Assembly (NCBI GenBank): GCA_000934665.2
Contig: JYFJ02002463.1
Span: 1-57,085, forward strand
Reading direction: 5' to 3'
Source: Catajapyx aquilonaris
Taxonomy: Eukaryota
DNA length: 57,085 bases
Part shown: positions 25,946-40,000 of the stretch, one piece after another
Position numbering within the stretch: position 1 is the stretch's first letter
Layout of the letters: each line of letters opens with the position of its first letter
Position numbers and translations under genes: made by a program
The notes under the pieces: model-generated
What the model saw: only the letters and a program-made list of their open reading frames with translations
What the model was told of the DNA's origin: nothing
The model's database searches: none

Positions 25946-28900
25946 ATGGCCGAACGAAACCTGAGAGTGGGCCAGCGGGTGGACCTGATTGGGAAGGACA
26001 TGAAGGGAACCATTGCATACATTGGAAACACCGACTTTGCAGTTGGGAAATGGGTTGGAATTATTCTGGATGAAGCCAAGGGGAAGAATAATGGTTCTGT
26101 CATGGGAAAATTTTTCTTTGAGGTAAATACGCTAATCTTTCATGTCGTTTATGTTAGAATTTGGACTTAATGAAGAAGTTGGATGTTGCTACAGTGCTGG
26201 ACATATTAGCCGTCGCTGAATGTTTTTTTCCGGCGGCAGCGGCGGCACCTGGCAACCCTGTCCGGCGGGCCAGTTCAAACATCAGCCCATGGAGAGCGCT
26301 TCCATTGTTGCCACTGTTTACAAATCGAGTGAGTGAGGCAGAAGAGACCCGTCGCTGGGTCGTCCGCGTCACTCACTCGATTTGTAAACAGTTGCAACAA
26401 TGGAAGCACTCTCCATATGCCGATGTTTGAATTGGCCCGTCGGACGGGGTTGCCAGGTGCCGCCGCTGCCGCCGGAAAAAAACATTCAGCGACGGCTAAT
26501 ATGTCCAGCTCTGTACATCACAAATGCGAGATAAGGTGTCATTCATGAAGCACATCATGCTGATTTTTTTCCCCTCAATTTTGCAGCCTTTTGACCAAAA
26601 AATTCAACCGACCAATGTTATGGACAACTTATAACCGGAGTTATAATTGCTCACCTCTTTAGTGACAATGTGTGCTTATTTTGCAGTGTGCTGAAAATCA
26701 TGGAATTTTTGTAAGAGCCTCGCAGCTGAATGTGATAGATGAAGGTGGGTCAACTCCTGAGTCGCAACAGGCAACTACTGCTCCAGTTCCAGAGGAGAAG
26801 GTTAAGATGCGGAGCAGGTGAGCAGTGTTCGTGTAGATTAGAGAAGCACTTACTTCTTTTCCTTACTGGCACCGCAGTTGAAGTTATTGCAAAGGCAGTT
26901 TAATCGTACTAAAGTGTCTGGGAGTGTATTTTTGTGTCTGACTTGACTCTTCCCCCTCCCCCAACCTACCTTACACATGCACAAGTCTGAAGCGACCTCC
27001 TCGCCTAACAGGCCCTCCTAAAACACGGCCAGTGGCTCGCTCAACTAGTTTTCCCAGCAGGTCAGTTGTACAACTCCCAACAGTTTCCCCCATGTTGATT
27101 ATCCCCCTTCAACGTGAATAGTACCGCAGCTTTAGATACCCCAAAATAGATGGACAAAAGAGGAAGTGGATGTAGGGAGAAATCAGACCTGGGATGGGAG
27201 TTTAAAAAAATTAAAAAAAAAAAAAAAAACGAAACATGCAGCATGGCCTTTGCATTGTGCATGGTAGTGTGACTGCAAGATTACTTATGTATACTCATAT
27301 CTTTGATTGTTACTTATTGTTGTATTTAATTCTTGCTAGCACAAGGAGGAAGGTAGAACCTACCAGGTGAGCCTTTCGGATTTTAATGTGAAGCCATTTC
27401 ACAAACCTAATCTGTTAATGACAATATGAAACTTTACTTGCAATGCTTGCTAACTCAGAAGGAAACCATCACAAAGTTCATCCTCTAAACCTGAAAGTCT
27501 AAGGTGAGCCTGTAAAAAGTAACAAGGTAATCCTCTGAAGAATTTTCTTAAACGAATAGTTTTACTCTTGCATGCACCAATCACTGTAACTTCTGCCCAT
27601 TGCAAATACACACTCCACAAATGCAAATCTGCAATAAACACTGCGTCACTTTTTTTCTGTATTGCTTACATGCTTGTGGACTCAGATATGGCTAAATTGT
27701 TTGTTGGCTTTGGGAGATGGGAAAGATTTCATGTATTACCTTTTGCAATGCACGAAGACCAACTTGCATGAAGTATTCTTGCTACAGCAGTACACTGTTA
27801 TGGGTACTTATTTTGTGTATTATAATTTGCATGAGTTGTGCGATGAAGAGATATACTCTGACATGTGAAAGCCTTATTGCATGTGCCTAATTGGAGAGGT
27901 ATAACCAGTGTTTGCAAGTCACATTGAAATACACAGTCACAGTGGCTAAAAGATGGTTAAGAGTGAAGATCATTTCTCATAGACTTACCTAACTTTTCAT
28001 AAGCGAAAAATTGTGAAGTCATCACATGTGCTATTTCTTTATTACCAGAAGGAGTCAATAGATTTGTCATGAGATAGTGCTGCTTGTTTTCAATCGCCAA
28101 TATTGCACAAAATCTCTCAATTGCCTAATATTTTGAGGGCAGTGATCTTCACCCTTATGAACCCTTATGAATTGATAGTAATTAATGTTTTTGAAAAATT
28201 CAAAAGTTGTGTCTGTTTTCACAATACATGGCCAGTTTACTCAAGAACTGAGCAAACTTATGGGTTGCATGGTTTATTTCTGAGCGTTTTTTTTTTTGGC
28301 AATTACACATGACAAGTGACATTTTTTCATAAAATTTTATGTAGTTGAGTCACCATTGTGGGCTCTTTTGACATGGAATGATTGTTACATGTTTCAAGTG
28401 CCAGTCATGTCAATTGACAAAATAATGTTGTCAGCTTCATCATTATATATTTCTTTTTCCAGTTATTTTGGGTTCCTTTGTGTTCTGCCTTTTGAATGGT
28501 TTTTTCCTTTGCAGGTTTTTATGTAGTATTATTATTTGTTGTAGTTGTGGGCAACTTTTTGGTGACGCACATATTTTAGCATGATGAGTAGTGACTTGAT
28601 GTGGGATTTTATGGTAGTTTGGTTTTTTTGCCATGTTATTCCAATGCATTTATTGGGAGCAGGAAGATTTTTTTTTTTTTTTTTGCATGTATTTCCTTCC
28701 TGCAACGCATTTGAAGGCTTTTGCTTATGCCCTGTGCTACTGTTGTGGCTGCATCTTCCACTCTTTAGACTGCCTGTGTTGAGTCCTGGATATTTTGCTC
28801 GCATGGATGCATCCTCCCCCAAAAGGCTGTCTCTTCCTACTGGCAGTCCTGGAAGTTCTCCGTACAGCGCCAGGTATACATTTTCCATCTGGATTTTAGT

Positions 28901-31900
28901 TACCAGGTGTCATATAATTGCTGTGTGGAATGTGTTTTCCGAAGTTTGTAAACTGTACAAATTCTGATAAATATTCTGACATGATTTACAGCAGTTTTCC
29001 ACCATCATTGGGGTCAATTATGATCCTTAGAAGAGTTGTAGCAGCTTTTCTCTTGTCAAAAATTTATTCCCTGACAGTTGAGAATTTTTATTTTAGCACT
29101 GATAATAATAAATCTTTAAAAACCATTTTCAATAGAGGTCATGCTTTAGGTAGGATTTATTTTTTTATTGTATCATACAGTAGTTAGCCAAATGTTAGCT
29201 TGAAAATAATTTTTAAGTACTAGTGACCGAGCTCTGGAATTACCTAAATGGTAAGGAGCAAAGAGGGTTTTTTCTTTCTTTCTGTGGGTGCAGGTAAATT
29301 GAAATTTCCATGATTACAATACTTCTAGCAATTTTATGATCTCAATAATCTGCAGTAAAGTAATAACACTGAATATGAACTTGTGTCAGCTTTATACAAA
29401 ATCTTGTAATTCATCACAATATGACAGCAAATGTGCACTGGACTAGCTAGTGCCAACTTATTTTTGATGAATATAAATTGTGTGTAAGCCTCTATCTACG
29501 TCGGTTACCATTATCTTGGGTAGAAGCAGTGTACTGGAGTACTGCTTGTAAGTGGCTAGTCACATTAAGAAGAATGAACTCTAATATCAGTATGGGCTGC
29601 ATTTCAGACTACCAGTGGCTGGCGCTAAGACTCCCACGGACAGCTCTAGCAAAGAAGAATCGTTTACTTCAAGGGACACGACTCCAAGGGAAACACCAAG
29701 GTCGGAGGGAGGTTCCAAGAGGGCCTCCTTTGTTGAGGTATGTCCCAGTAAAGAGGATTACCACCTGTTGCTAAAAAAGGAAGGATATGATGGGGAAATA
29801 ACATGGGGGTGTGTGTTCTCAAGGGACTCGTGTTTGTGTGTTTCTTTTTCTTTTTTGGTCTGATTTCCTTTGCCCCCCTGCCCCAACAGAGATCCAGCTG
29901 TGGGTCATCACCCACTAAGCCGCAACAGCCAATCTCACCTCTTTCGGGTCCGGCCCATCAAGTAAATTAACCCCCTCTTCTCACCTCCTTCCTTTTTTTC
30001 TGTCTGCCTGCTGTTATTTATTTGTTCAATTTCCTTTCAGCAAAACTCTTGTGCTTTGAATGATATGGTGGTGCTTTATGAGCATCAATGTGCTTGTTTG
30101 TTAGATAAATCCTGAGTGTATCTTGCTTAATGCTATATGACTACAATCACGGAAATGGGAACATGACCAGTGTACAGTGCATTCACAGAGCTAGAGTCTA
30201 GTAGCATTTACTCTGCAGCAAGTTCAAAAGTGGTTCATTCAGTTTTTGCATCATCATGCTTATTCATATGCAGTTGATTCTGATGGATATAACAGCCTCT
30301 GTTATAACAGACATTCGGTTATAGCAGACCGAAAGGCTGGTCCCGCCATGCTTCCATATATGGCCTGTGTATTTTTCTTTAACAGACCTCAGTTACAGCA
30401 GACTGATTTCCTCAGTCCCTTGAAGCCTGTTATATCCATAGTCCACTGTATAACGTAGAAGGAAATGATGTTACTTCTGAAAGTCTGATACATGAAAGTT
30501 CAAGTGCACTTGTTGGACAAAAAATCATTGTGGTTTCTGACAAATGAGTACATCTACTTTAGGGGCAAATTAGCTAGTGTTGGCCCATCAGTGGACACTA
30601 CAATCCTTAAATCTCATTTTAATGGTGCAGCTGAAATACACTATCACTCGCTATCACTATTCCTACTGATCATGTGATATAGATCAGAGAATGAGATCCA
30701 CATTTCCTGGATGCAGGTCCAGGATAGGGTGATTTGGGTCACATGACTAGCGGAGGTGCCAATATTAACTTTCAGCCTTAAGTGGCACAAGGGATGGCTA
30801 AGAACAACATGTATAAACCTGTTTTAGACATGCATATTATTTCTATAGTAGTCTACCTCATCTTGTTAGTGTTATAAATATTAGCACCTATCACTATCTA
30901 TATTAATATTTAAACATTCTTAGACATGTATCTGCACCTAACATGCATGTCGAGCTTAAATATTTCTTTGTCAAGCTGGTTACAGAATAAAGGAATAGCA
31001 AAAAGTGCTGCCATGTCATTGTGGGCTATGCTGGCATATGGCTGGACCTCATTGTTGCAATGCTTTCTGGTGGAAGGCCTCTTAGAGGATAGTTGGTACT
31101 GGCAAGTTGGAGCATAAGTATTAATTTTTTGCTTTGTCACCAGACTGGATTTGTCGAGAACCTGAAGGCACAATACACTCCAGGCACCAGTATGTCCCAG
31201 AGTATGGTGTCCAATCTGGATGAGAAGATGAACTACTTGCAACAGTTGCAGGAGGTCGACAACTTGCGTGCAGAGGTGAAGGATCTGCAGGAGAAGCTGG
31301 AGACAATCAGACGTATGGTGATTTTTTTTCTTGCACTAAAATTATTATCTCGTTTTATTCATTTATAATAAGTATAATAATATTTAAATTTCTAAAGTGC
31401 AAGAGATGGCGCAGGGGGTACGTTTCGCGGCTACTTTTTTTTCTCTTTCTTTATTTGTCAGCCTCCCGCTCTTGTGGCCCTGGCTCTACTGAACAGACCA
31501 GTATGCATGAATAATACGTCACACGAAGGGCGTCAGAGCTAGAGGGAGTAACATCCACCCCCACCAGAGTAAACAAAATGCCTCGCTCCACAGCTGTTCC
31601 AAAACCCTGTGGGGCGTGCGCCCCTCCATCCTGGCGGAGGCCGGGCAGGAGTTGCAGTGGCCCGCCAGCTGCTAATTGGCATTTACGAACATTATTATTT
31701 ATTTTAAAACTATTGAATTATCTTTTGCACTAATTTTAGGGTGGAATCTCTTGAGGAGGTTTGGGGGCAACTCTATGCCAAAATTTTCCGGCCAAGGTCA
31801 TACACCCCCCCCNCCTTGAGACACGTGTTTTTTTTGAGAGGTTGCAAAATGCTGACGTCGCGCAAATTTAGTCCCTATCTGGCAAATATAATATAAGATT

Positions 31901-34900
31901 TTATAGTCCTAGAATCGCGACTTTTTTTTCCGTAATGGAAAAATGTACAAGCTGCTCAGAAACCATGTTACATGGTCAGGAAACTCTATAGTTTCGCGAG
32001 CAGAATTTTTCAAAGTTGCCGTTACATACAGGGTGTTGCAACTTTTTTGTCAGAACAGTTATCAGAAATATTGCACTAAGCTGCTACTTTGTAAGCAGTG
32101 TATGCCACTTCAACCTAAGATTCGCAGGGAATATTCCCCATTCCTCCGACAAACCGGTTGCAAGTCACTGCTTACAAAGTAGCAGCTTATAGTGCAATTA
32201 TTTCCGATAATAACTGTTCGGACAAAAAAGTTTAAACACCCTGCATATGTAACGCCCGTCCTGTTAGGGTTAATGGAAGGATAGAATTGCACATTTCATG
32301 ATGTAGAGAAACACCACAGCCATCAGTCAATTTAAATTTAAATTGCTTTTAGCTGCATTATGAAAGCATTTAAAAAGAACATTTACATTTTTTCGGCCTT
32401 TTAAAAACGTGGGTAACATTTTAAGGTGGGCTGAGCTTTCATTTTTGCAGATAATGTCTCTTACCCGTGTTGTTTTTTCAGTGAAGCGCAACCAGGATAA
32501 AGAGAAGGTGAAGGACCATGACCGTCTTCGCCTGCAAGTAGAGCAACTGACAGAATTTAAGACGCGAGTTCTCGAGTCTCAGTCCCAACTGCAACGGGAT
32601 TTGCAGAAGGCACGTCAAGAGGCAAGAGAGGCAATAGAAGCAAAGGAGAGACACGCTGACGAAATGTCAGACTTGGCAGAGACTGTGGAGATGGCCACTC
32701 TGGACAAGGAAATGGCAGAGGAAAAGGCAGAAACTCTGCAAATGGAGTTAGAGCAGGCAAAGGAGAGGGCGGAGGAGCTCACTCTCGACTTGGAAATCAT
32801 CAAGGCAGAAGTCAGCACTCAGGGGATGGACGGGGCTGCTTCCTCCTTTCAGCTAAAGCAGCATGAGCAGCAGAATGCCAGGCTCAAGGAGACTCTCGTC
32901 AAGTAAGTTATTGAGCTGTAAGAAAACTGCAAGACTAAATAACATCTTGCATCAACATTTTAGAGCTCACTTGCATATGTGAATATATAATCACTGGCTC
33001 TTTTTTTTCCAGGATGCGTGACCTGGCTGCCCAGGACAAGCATGAGCTTCAAAAGCTCCAGAAAGAAGCAGAACAACAAAAAGGGCAAGTAGATGAGCTG
33101 CAGCGCTCAAAGGAGAAGCTTGCTCGCCAGCTGGAGGAGTCTGAAGCTAGTTGTAGAGAACTTCAGGAACAGGTGGACGCAGCCCTGGGAGCTGAGGAGA
33201 TGGTTGAGCAGCTGACATCTCGCAATCTGACCATGGAGGAGAAAATAGCTGAGATGGATGAGGTCATCCAAGATCTCGAGGCCTTGCATGAGACTGATGA
33301 AGAGCTTCAGGAAGGCTGGAGAGAGCTGGAGCTGGAGCTGAGAGAAGAGCTGGACATGGCCCAAGCCAGGATTAGGGATGCCCACAGGGAGAAAGATGCC
33401 GCATTGGAGACACTGCTGGATAGCCAGCAGACTGTGCTCAAGTTTCGAGAGCTGGTTCAAGGGCTGCAAGAGCAAAATAGGGACCTCAGGAGGTCAGTTG
33501 TGTGGGATTGTGTGGGTTCCTAGCATAAATCCCCAAGCCTAGCTTGACTGGTCCAGTGGCATAACAAGATGTCTACTGTTCTTTCCGCAAGTTTGGCACA
33601 TTTGTATTGACTTGAATCATGAACTTCCCTACAATATTAATATTTCATAAATAATGAAGCTTGAGTAATTTGTTATTTTGATTTTTTGCAGGACTCTTGA
33701 AAAAGAGTCTGCCACATCCTCGATGGTCACCTCTCCTGAAGGTGGTTCCCTGGCCACCTCTTCAGAGATGCTTGACTTCCAGAAGGTGTTTGCCCAGTCA
33801 AAGGCTCACACAACAAGCATAGACCTGGAGCTGCGTCGAATGGAGGTTCAGCAGGCCCAAAGGCACATCCAGCTGCTGACTGCATACATGCCAGACTCAT
33901 TCCTGAGCAGAGGTGGAGACCATGAGGCTGTCCTAGGCCTTTTGCTGCTGCCCAGGATTTCCTTCAAGGCAGATGTGTTGCTCCAGCAGGCCAGGGAAAA
34001 GTTCCTCCCAGCACCGATCGAGGGAAGAGAATCAGTTGTCAAAGATCATGCTGTAGAAAGACATGCTTTTGGGCTGCTTCTTTCTCACCTGCTGCTAGCA
34101 CTTCAGGTTTGGAATGCATATTTATTGTCATAGTCATGTTAACTCTTAATTTTGGTGTTTTAAATACATTTATTATTATTATGTTGTTAATTCAAAGTGG
34201 AGTACTACTGGCCACATTTTAAAATAATTATACAGTAATTCACAAGAAAGCTGAAGTATTAGTTTGCTGGAAGAGGACCTCATTACATGACTCGCCTTTT
34301 TCCTCGTGACAGGCTGTGATCCAACGCTTTGATGGAGTGATGGGTAGCTGTGGCACAGAGCTGTTCCTTGAAATGGGAATCTTGTATGGAGACCTCTCTG
34401 TACAGGAAAAGACTTTGGATGGATATGTGGAGCTCCTTCGTAGGGATCAGCTGGATGAAAACACTTCTCTGGAGTCCATGGAGCGAGTTGCCATGTACCT
34501 TTCACAACTCTTTACGAAGCACCTTGCTGGAGAGGAAGAGGAGATATGGGGATCTGATGGTCGAGGGCTGGGATCCCCTTTTCTGCTGCAACATTGCAAG
34601 GCTCTTGCTGCAGGAGGAGAGAGCTTCAGAGTGGAGGTGGCTCGGGTGCAGGCACTGGTTGGCGGGGGAGGGGAAGGGGATGCAGGGAAGCTTCTCTCTA
34701 CCTTGCTGGAGTGTGCAAACGAAGCAGAGAAGGAGGCAAAGAGGGCTAGGAGGAGGCTGACTCAAGATATGCCTGGGATTGCAGCCATTACACTGAGTCC
34801 GACTAGGAGAGATGCAATGGAGCAGTGTCTTGAGAGCATGGGGAGGGTCATCCGATGCATGCATATAGTTGGGAAGCTGGCAGCACAGCAGGTTGCATTA

Positions 34901-37088
34901 CTTGCAGGTCAGGGTAATAACAATATTACATATACTTATCACATACAGGTTAAAGAAATTAATGGCTCACTGCCAACATGCTGAGCAACTGTGAATTAGC
35001 ATTTAACAATGTTTCACCATTTGAATTCCAGATGCAGCAGCACCGATATCAGATGACAAGGTCCGTGAGTTATTGATTCAGGCTACAGATGAGGAGTTCG
35101 GATCAGTTGGAAGTGACCCACTGGATGGCCTGCGTGAAGCTGCAACCCAAGTGCGGGCCACAATTGAAGAGCTAAGCAAGGCATTGGCTGAGGGTCAGCT
35201 GGAGCTATTTGGAGGTGGGTCCGACTTGGCTGCCTCCCAGAAGGTCCGAGGTGGAGGGTCATCACCAGTTCTGAAGCGTGCAGAAGAAGTGAAAAGGGAA
35301 CTGGAGGAGACTGGATCCCTCCGACGCCGCTTAGAAGAGAAGGAAATAGAGCTGCGTGAAGCCAGACGTCAGGTAAAAGCGAAGCTTGAAGAGCTCGGCC
35401 AGATGCAACTAAGAAGAGATCTGGCTGAAAAGAGGCTGGCGCAGGCAACCAAGGATGGGGAGCTGGCTCAGGAAAGGTTGCAGAGGCGCCTCGAAGATGC
35501 ACAGCAACTCCTCAGGCAGAAAGAGAGAGAATTTGAGGACACCATGGACCATTTGCAGAATGACATTGACTCACTGGAATCAGAACGGGGAGAGCTCAAG
35601 GAGAAGCTTAAGACTTTGGGGAAGAAGGCCCTGCTTGAGGGACTAGCCGTCAGGTAGGGGAACGTTTATCATCCCACCTCATTAGTACATGTAAATTCCC
35701 TTTTTTTGAATCTTCCCAGTCTCATTACTACTAGAATGAAGCTGCTCCACTATCAATGAACTGATCCATTTTTTACAGGTCGAATGTGGCAATCACATCT
35801 CCAACATCATCACCCACGCTGTCTACCTCCTCACATACTGCACAGCCCACGACTCCAACAATGAGCACGCCACCATCGAACTTCCCTGCCATCGCACATG
35901 ACTCCCACATGCTGGCCCATCAGGTTCACAGCCTTAGATCTGCCATGCATATTCTCAAGGATGAGAACATGCAACTCAAGGCTGGAAAAATGAGGGAACA
36001 GCTTGCTAAGCTGCCACCACTGAAGGTAATTAACTAATGCGCTTGGGGAGTAGGCCCACTGAGTCATTGGGAAGTATTATTATTTTACTAACCTTTGGTA
36101 TGGAGATTGAGCTGTCCTTGCAAGAGCTCGTTATAGCAGTTTTGGCTGTGAATTTGATCTGTATTCATCAACCTGTAGAACTGAAAAAGCTGAGTCTGGG
36201 TTAGGGAGAGTTGAATTACTGTCAAAATATCCCACTGCAGCTGCAATTATTGTAGCATAAATGCATTAAGGCCAAGTCAAATTTCCAATCAGATATTTAT
36301 ATTAAATCATGCAGCATTGTGTGTGTGTGTGCCAAAAATAAAGGTATAACGTATAATGCTTGACTCCTACTATGGATGCTTCTGTTGCCACCCATGCCCT
36401 CATCCATGTAAAACATTTGTGATGGTCAGTTACACTGTTATTTTACTTTGCAGCTTCCAAGGAAGTCAGTAGGGGTAACATCATCACTGAAGGAATCATA
36501 TCCAGCAAGAGGAGAGATGTCAGAGTTGTCTAAACGCACCTCCAACCTACTCAATGTGAGTTTTAGGGAGCAGCTCAAACCAACCCATGTGTCTCACACT
36601 GTCTTTGGTTTCAGGAGTTGTACAAGATGTGCTCAGGCCCCCGAGTGATTGACCTGACCAAGCGCAAGCCTGGTAGTGAACACATCCTGGAGAAAAACAG
36701 CCCTGAATTCCAGATGCTCGAGGATGCCAGCAAATTAAGGAGGCTTCATTCGGATGCCCAGGAGCTACAGTCTGCCATTGCAAGGCTGGTGTCCTCCAGG
36801 AAGCCAGGAGGATCAGTTGACACACAGCTGACTTCATTTCCAAAGCCGCTGTTTACCAAGGTTTGTATATTATAGATTCTACTAATGAGATCTCCCAAGG
36901 AGATGAATTTCAAAGAGAATAGCATACATTCTGCTATATGGAAATCATTGCAGGCTATGCAAGAGTCAGACGCTGTTCTGGTGGGACGAGTGTGGGTCCC
37001 AACACCAAAAGGAGAAGAGGATCAGGTCATCCCAGTGGTTTTGAGCCAGAATGCCTTTCGAGATCTTCATCTCAAGCTGTGCCCTTAA
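25946..37088 (+). CDS. DCTN1: Dynactin subunit 1 (p150Glued)
   Basis: Core exons 25946-26122, 26687-26817, 29608-29737, 31144-31312, 32482-32902, 33013-33492, 33692-34106, 34313-34907, 35032-35653, 35779-36025, 36454-36555, 36615-36860, 36954-37088. Candidate cassette exons at 26986-27060, 27340-27366, 27459-27503, 28769-28873 and 29890-29961. CAP-Gly [63 protein letters not shown]. Confidence 0.95.
26192..26513. mobile_element. Tc1/mariner-type foldback MITE in DCTN1 intron
   Basis: TA|CAGTGCTGGACATATTAGCCGTCGCTGAATG...CATTCAGCGACGGCTAATATGTCCAGCTCTG|TA; inverted arms of about 145 bp around a short spacer; CpG retained. Confidence 0.92.
32029..32243. mobile_element. mariner-type MITE in DCTN1 intron
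   Basis: TA|CAGGGTGTTGCAACTTTTTTGTCAGAACAGTTAT...AAGCTGCTACTTTGTAAGCAGTG is mirrored by CACTGCTTACAAAGTAGCAGCTT...GACAAAAAAGTTTAAACACCCTG|CA; about 72-bp TIRs. Confidence 0.85.
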
Positions 37089-40000
37089 CGTTGCTTTTCA
37101 TGTAACTTCGACCAATGTGCTTGTTGCAGTTATTAAAAATTCATCCCCAGGAGGGCAGCTAAACCCTCATAATTTTTACTTTTGTTTCAAATGTCTATCT
37201 ATGTGTAGCTTCCAAACTACCAGCTCTTTGACTTCTAGTCGAAATATAATTTATCCTTCATTGTTGCTTTAAGTTTGGAGGTTGTAATGTAATGGGGTAT
37301 ATGCTTTTGCAGTATGAAATAAAAGATATTTGGCACAAAAGACTTGGACATGAAAGGACGTAATTATCACAATCTTGTGAAATATACCATCTATTGCAAG
37401 ACTCACACTTTTTTCATTCCCTGAACCAGGTCATGCAGAGGACTGAAGGAACCTGCATTTTATAATGGATATTTGCAGATGTGCACAATGTAATGACAGT
37501 TTCATCACTCAAATTCCTAATTATCACGCCAAGTTCTAGGATGGAAGAGGTACGAGATTAAAATACCTCCTCAGGATTCTGCAGATGCATGTTTTACAGT
37601 GCTTATTTCCGAGAGATGGTTGTCACAATCCAGTATATCAAAGCCAAAAAAGACGAGCAAGCCAAGGCAAACAAAATAATGAGAGAGCCTCATTAAAATA
37701 CTTTGTGGGTTTATTAACAAGCGATCCAACTACACATAAAAATAAGTAATATCTCATTAAAGCAAAACATGATATGCACAGCATTATAACAGTTGTTTAA
37801 ATGTGCACCCCCCCAGTATTTGATTTTACAATAGTCAACATAAGCACACCATTACTGTCTCAACAAATTCCAGATTAAATTTTTTAATACCAAAATATAC
37901 ACCGACTCTTAACTACACAACCATCAATGTGATAGCCTCTCTAATTTTCTAGCTCAAAACTTCTTTTTTAATGCTGTACAGTTCTGGAAAAAACTGCTTG
38001 CAAGAAGTGCCAAGCAGCCAGACAAGCAGGCGTTGGTGGAAGCACGCATGAATCAACTTGCGCTTGCTCATGCTTCCATCCCCGCCCACATACATGCTAA
38101 TTGCTGGGGTACAATGCAGTTTGTTTTCCAGTAGTGTACAATAATGCAAACTTGCAATATTCACTTGCTATATTAATATTGCAGGAGTTTTTATACATTA
38201 GAAAATAACTAACTGCAAAATGATCAGGTGCGCAATACCAAAGATGAAGTTCCTCAATCAAGTAAAATACTTTTTGTGCCCCACAAAGTAAGAAAGCAAC
38301 AAGGCTGAAAAGTAGGAACCAGACTTAATGAAGAATGCATGGGCTACTCAATGAAATCAGTTTCAAAAATGTTGCAAATATTACGTGCATGTTGCCCTAA
38401 TTTCCCATTATCCATCCCAGGCAAGTCAAACTGCAGTTTTGTGCGTAGCTAGTCTTATGAAACAACAATCTTATTGCTGGAAATCAATGATTTTTTCATA
38501 TTATTTATCAATTAGGAAGGTACAGCAGGTGTCCTCTCCAATTTAAGAAGACTTTTGCCAGAGAATAAATCTCATGAACTGCAACTTAAAATTTTAATTG
38601 CAGACCAAAACGTATTAAGTAGATTGCACTTGAGACTCTTAAAATGAAATGCTAATGTTTAACTCACCATGTGGTGGTTGTGCCTGTATCACTGTACACC
38701 GCACAATAATTTAATGCACATTAAAAAGCCTACTACTGCACCAGTGTTTGAAAGTGGCCTGGAGAATTAAATCTTTTCATGAGACGCTACTTACAGTAAT
38801 GTACCACACAATATTCTACATAATATTCCAATAATGTCATAATTTAATTTATGCTCAGACAGGCTTACTAAGTTGAGATGGAAAAATGTTCACCATGAAT
38901 TTTCATTCAAGACAGCTACCGATTGAATAAATGTAAACTAATGCTTGCCCCTTGTACAGTTCTGCCCAGCTACACATTTACCTGTAACATTGTACAGCAT
39001 TACATTAACTTATCCCAAAATATGCTCTAAACCATTAAATGTACAGTACATTACAAAGACAATTAGTATAACTTCAACTTATCATCCCTGGTTAAAATTA
39101 GGTCCCACAACTCCATTACACCAAAAATATTTGCAACCTTTCACATATTTGCGAAATGCACATATTAGTTTCAATTTAAACTTGCTTCAAACCTCCACAG
39201 CTACACCAGCAATAACCAACAAGAAAACAAGTACTGGAGATAACAAGTGTAAAATCAACTTCATGCCAATGGCATGCCTGAGAAATGACAATAAACTCCA
39301 CAATATATTGTTGGCACAAAAGCAAACTCTCCTGAAGATGGCCTTGTCATCACATATAGAACAGACAGACTTGTGCTCACTGTCAGTGTAAAACGTACGT
39401 AACACAATGCTCCTCCAATTATCTAGAAAGTCTTTGACATTTATTGCTGAATCAGCAATATCTTTGAAAATTTTGAACTGCTGTGCACTAGTATTTGTCG
39501 AATATATCAATGCACAAAGCTTGCTTGAAAAGTAGTCCAGTGACAGTTCTGGTCAGAAACTTGGGTCATTGATGCCTGCATTTCAGTGCCTGCATTTCAG
39601 TACCTGTATTCAGTAATGGTGAGTTCACAAGGGCACAGAAAATTAAACATCAACTCTCCATACATCAATGTTGCCTTTCATGGTACCAGACAATGAAGTT
39701 TATGTTATCTGACCACAAATCAATGCTTTTCATCATTCACCACATTAGCTGTGTATTATAAAAGCAACTGGCATTGGTATTTTCCGTGCCATAGCAGTGT
39801 GTATTTTGGCCATAGAGATTTTCATGGATTCATCAATTATTGCTTCATTCAATGACAGAGGATGACAGCACTAGAGCATGCCGAATATAATTATGAGTTC
39901 ATTACCTAGTAACGTATTTCTCTTGTTGTGTATAGCCTCAACTTTCTACGAGTATATTCACTTCCAATTCCAGAAACAGAGCAATAGTAAACCAGACACA

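Noticed and set aside
26154..26548. Mirror-image ORFs with near-identical peptides on both strands
   Set aside because: Artefact of the palindromic MITE.
31400..32020. CpG-rich insert in a DCTN1 intron with TTTCGCG motifs
   Set aside because: Probably TE-derived, but I could not define TIRs or a TSD, and it contains an N; not called as a feature.
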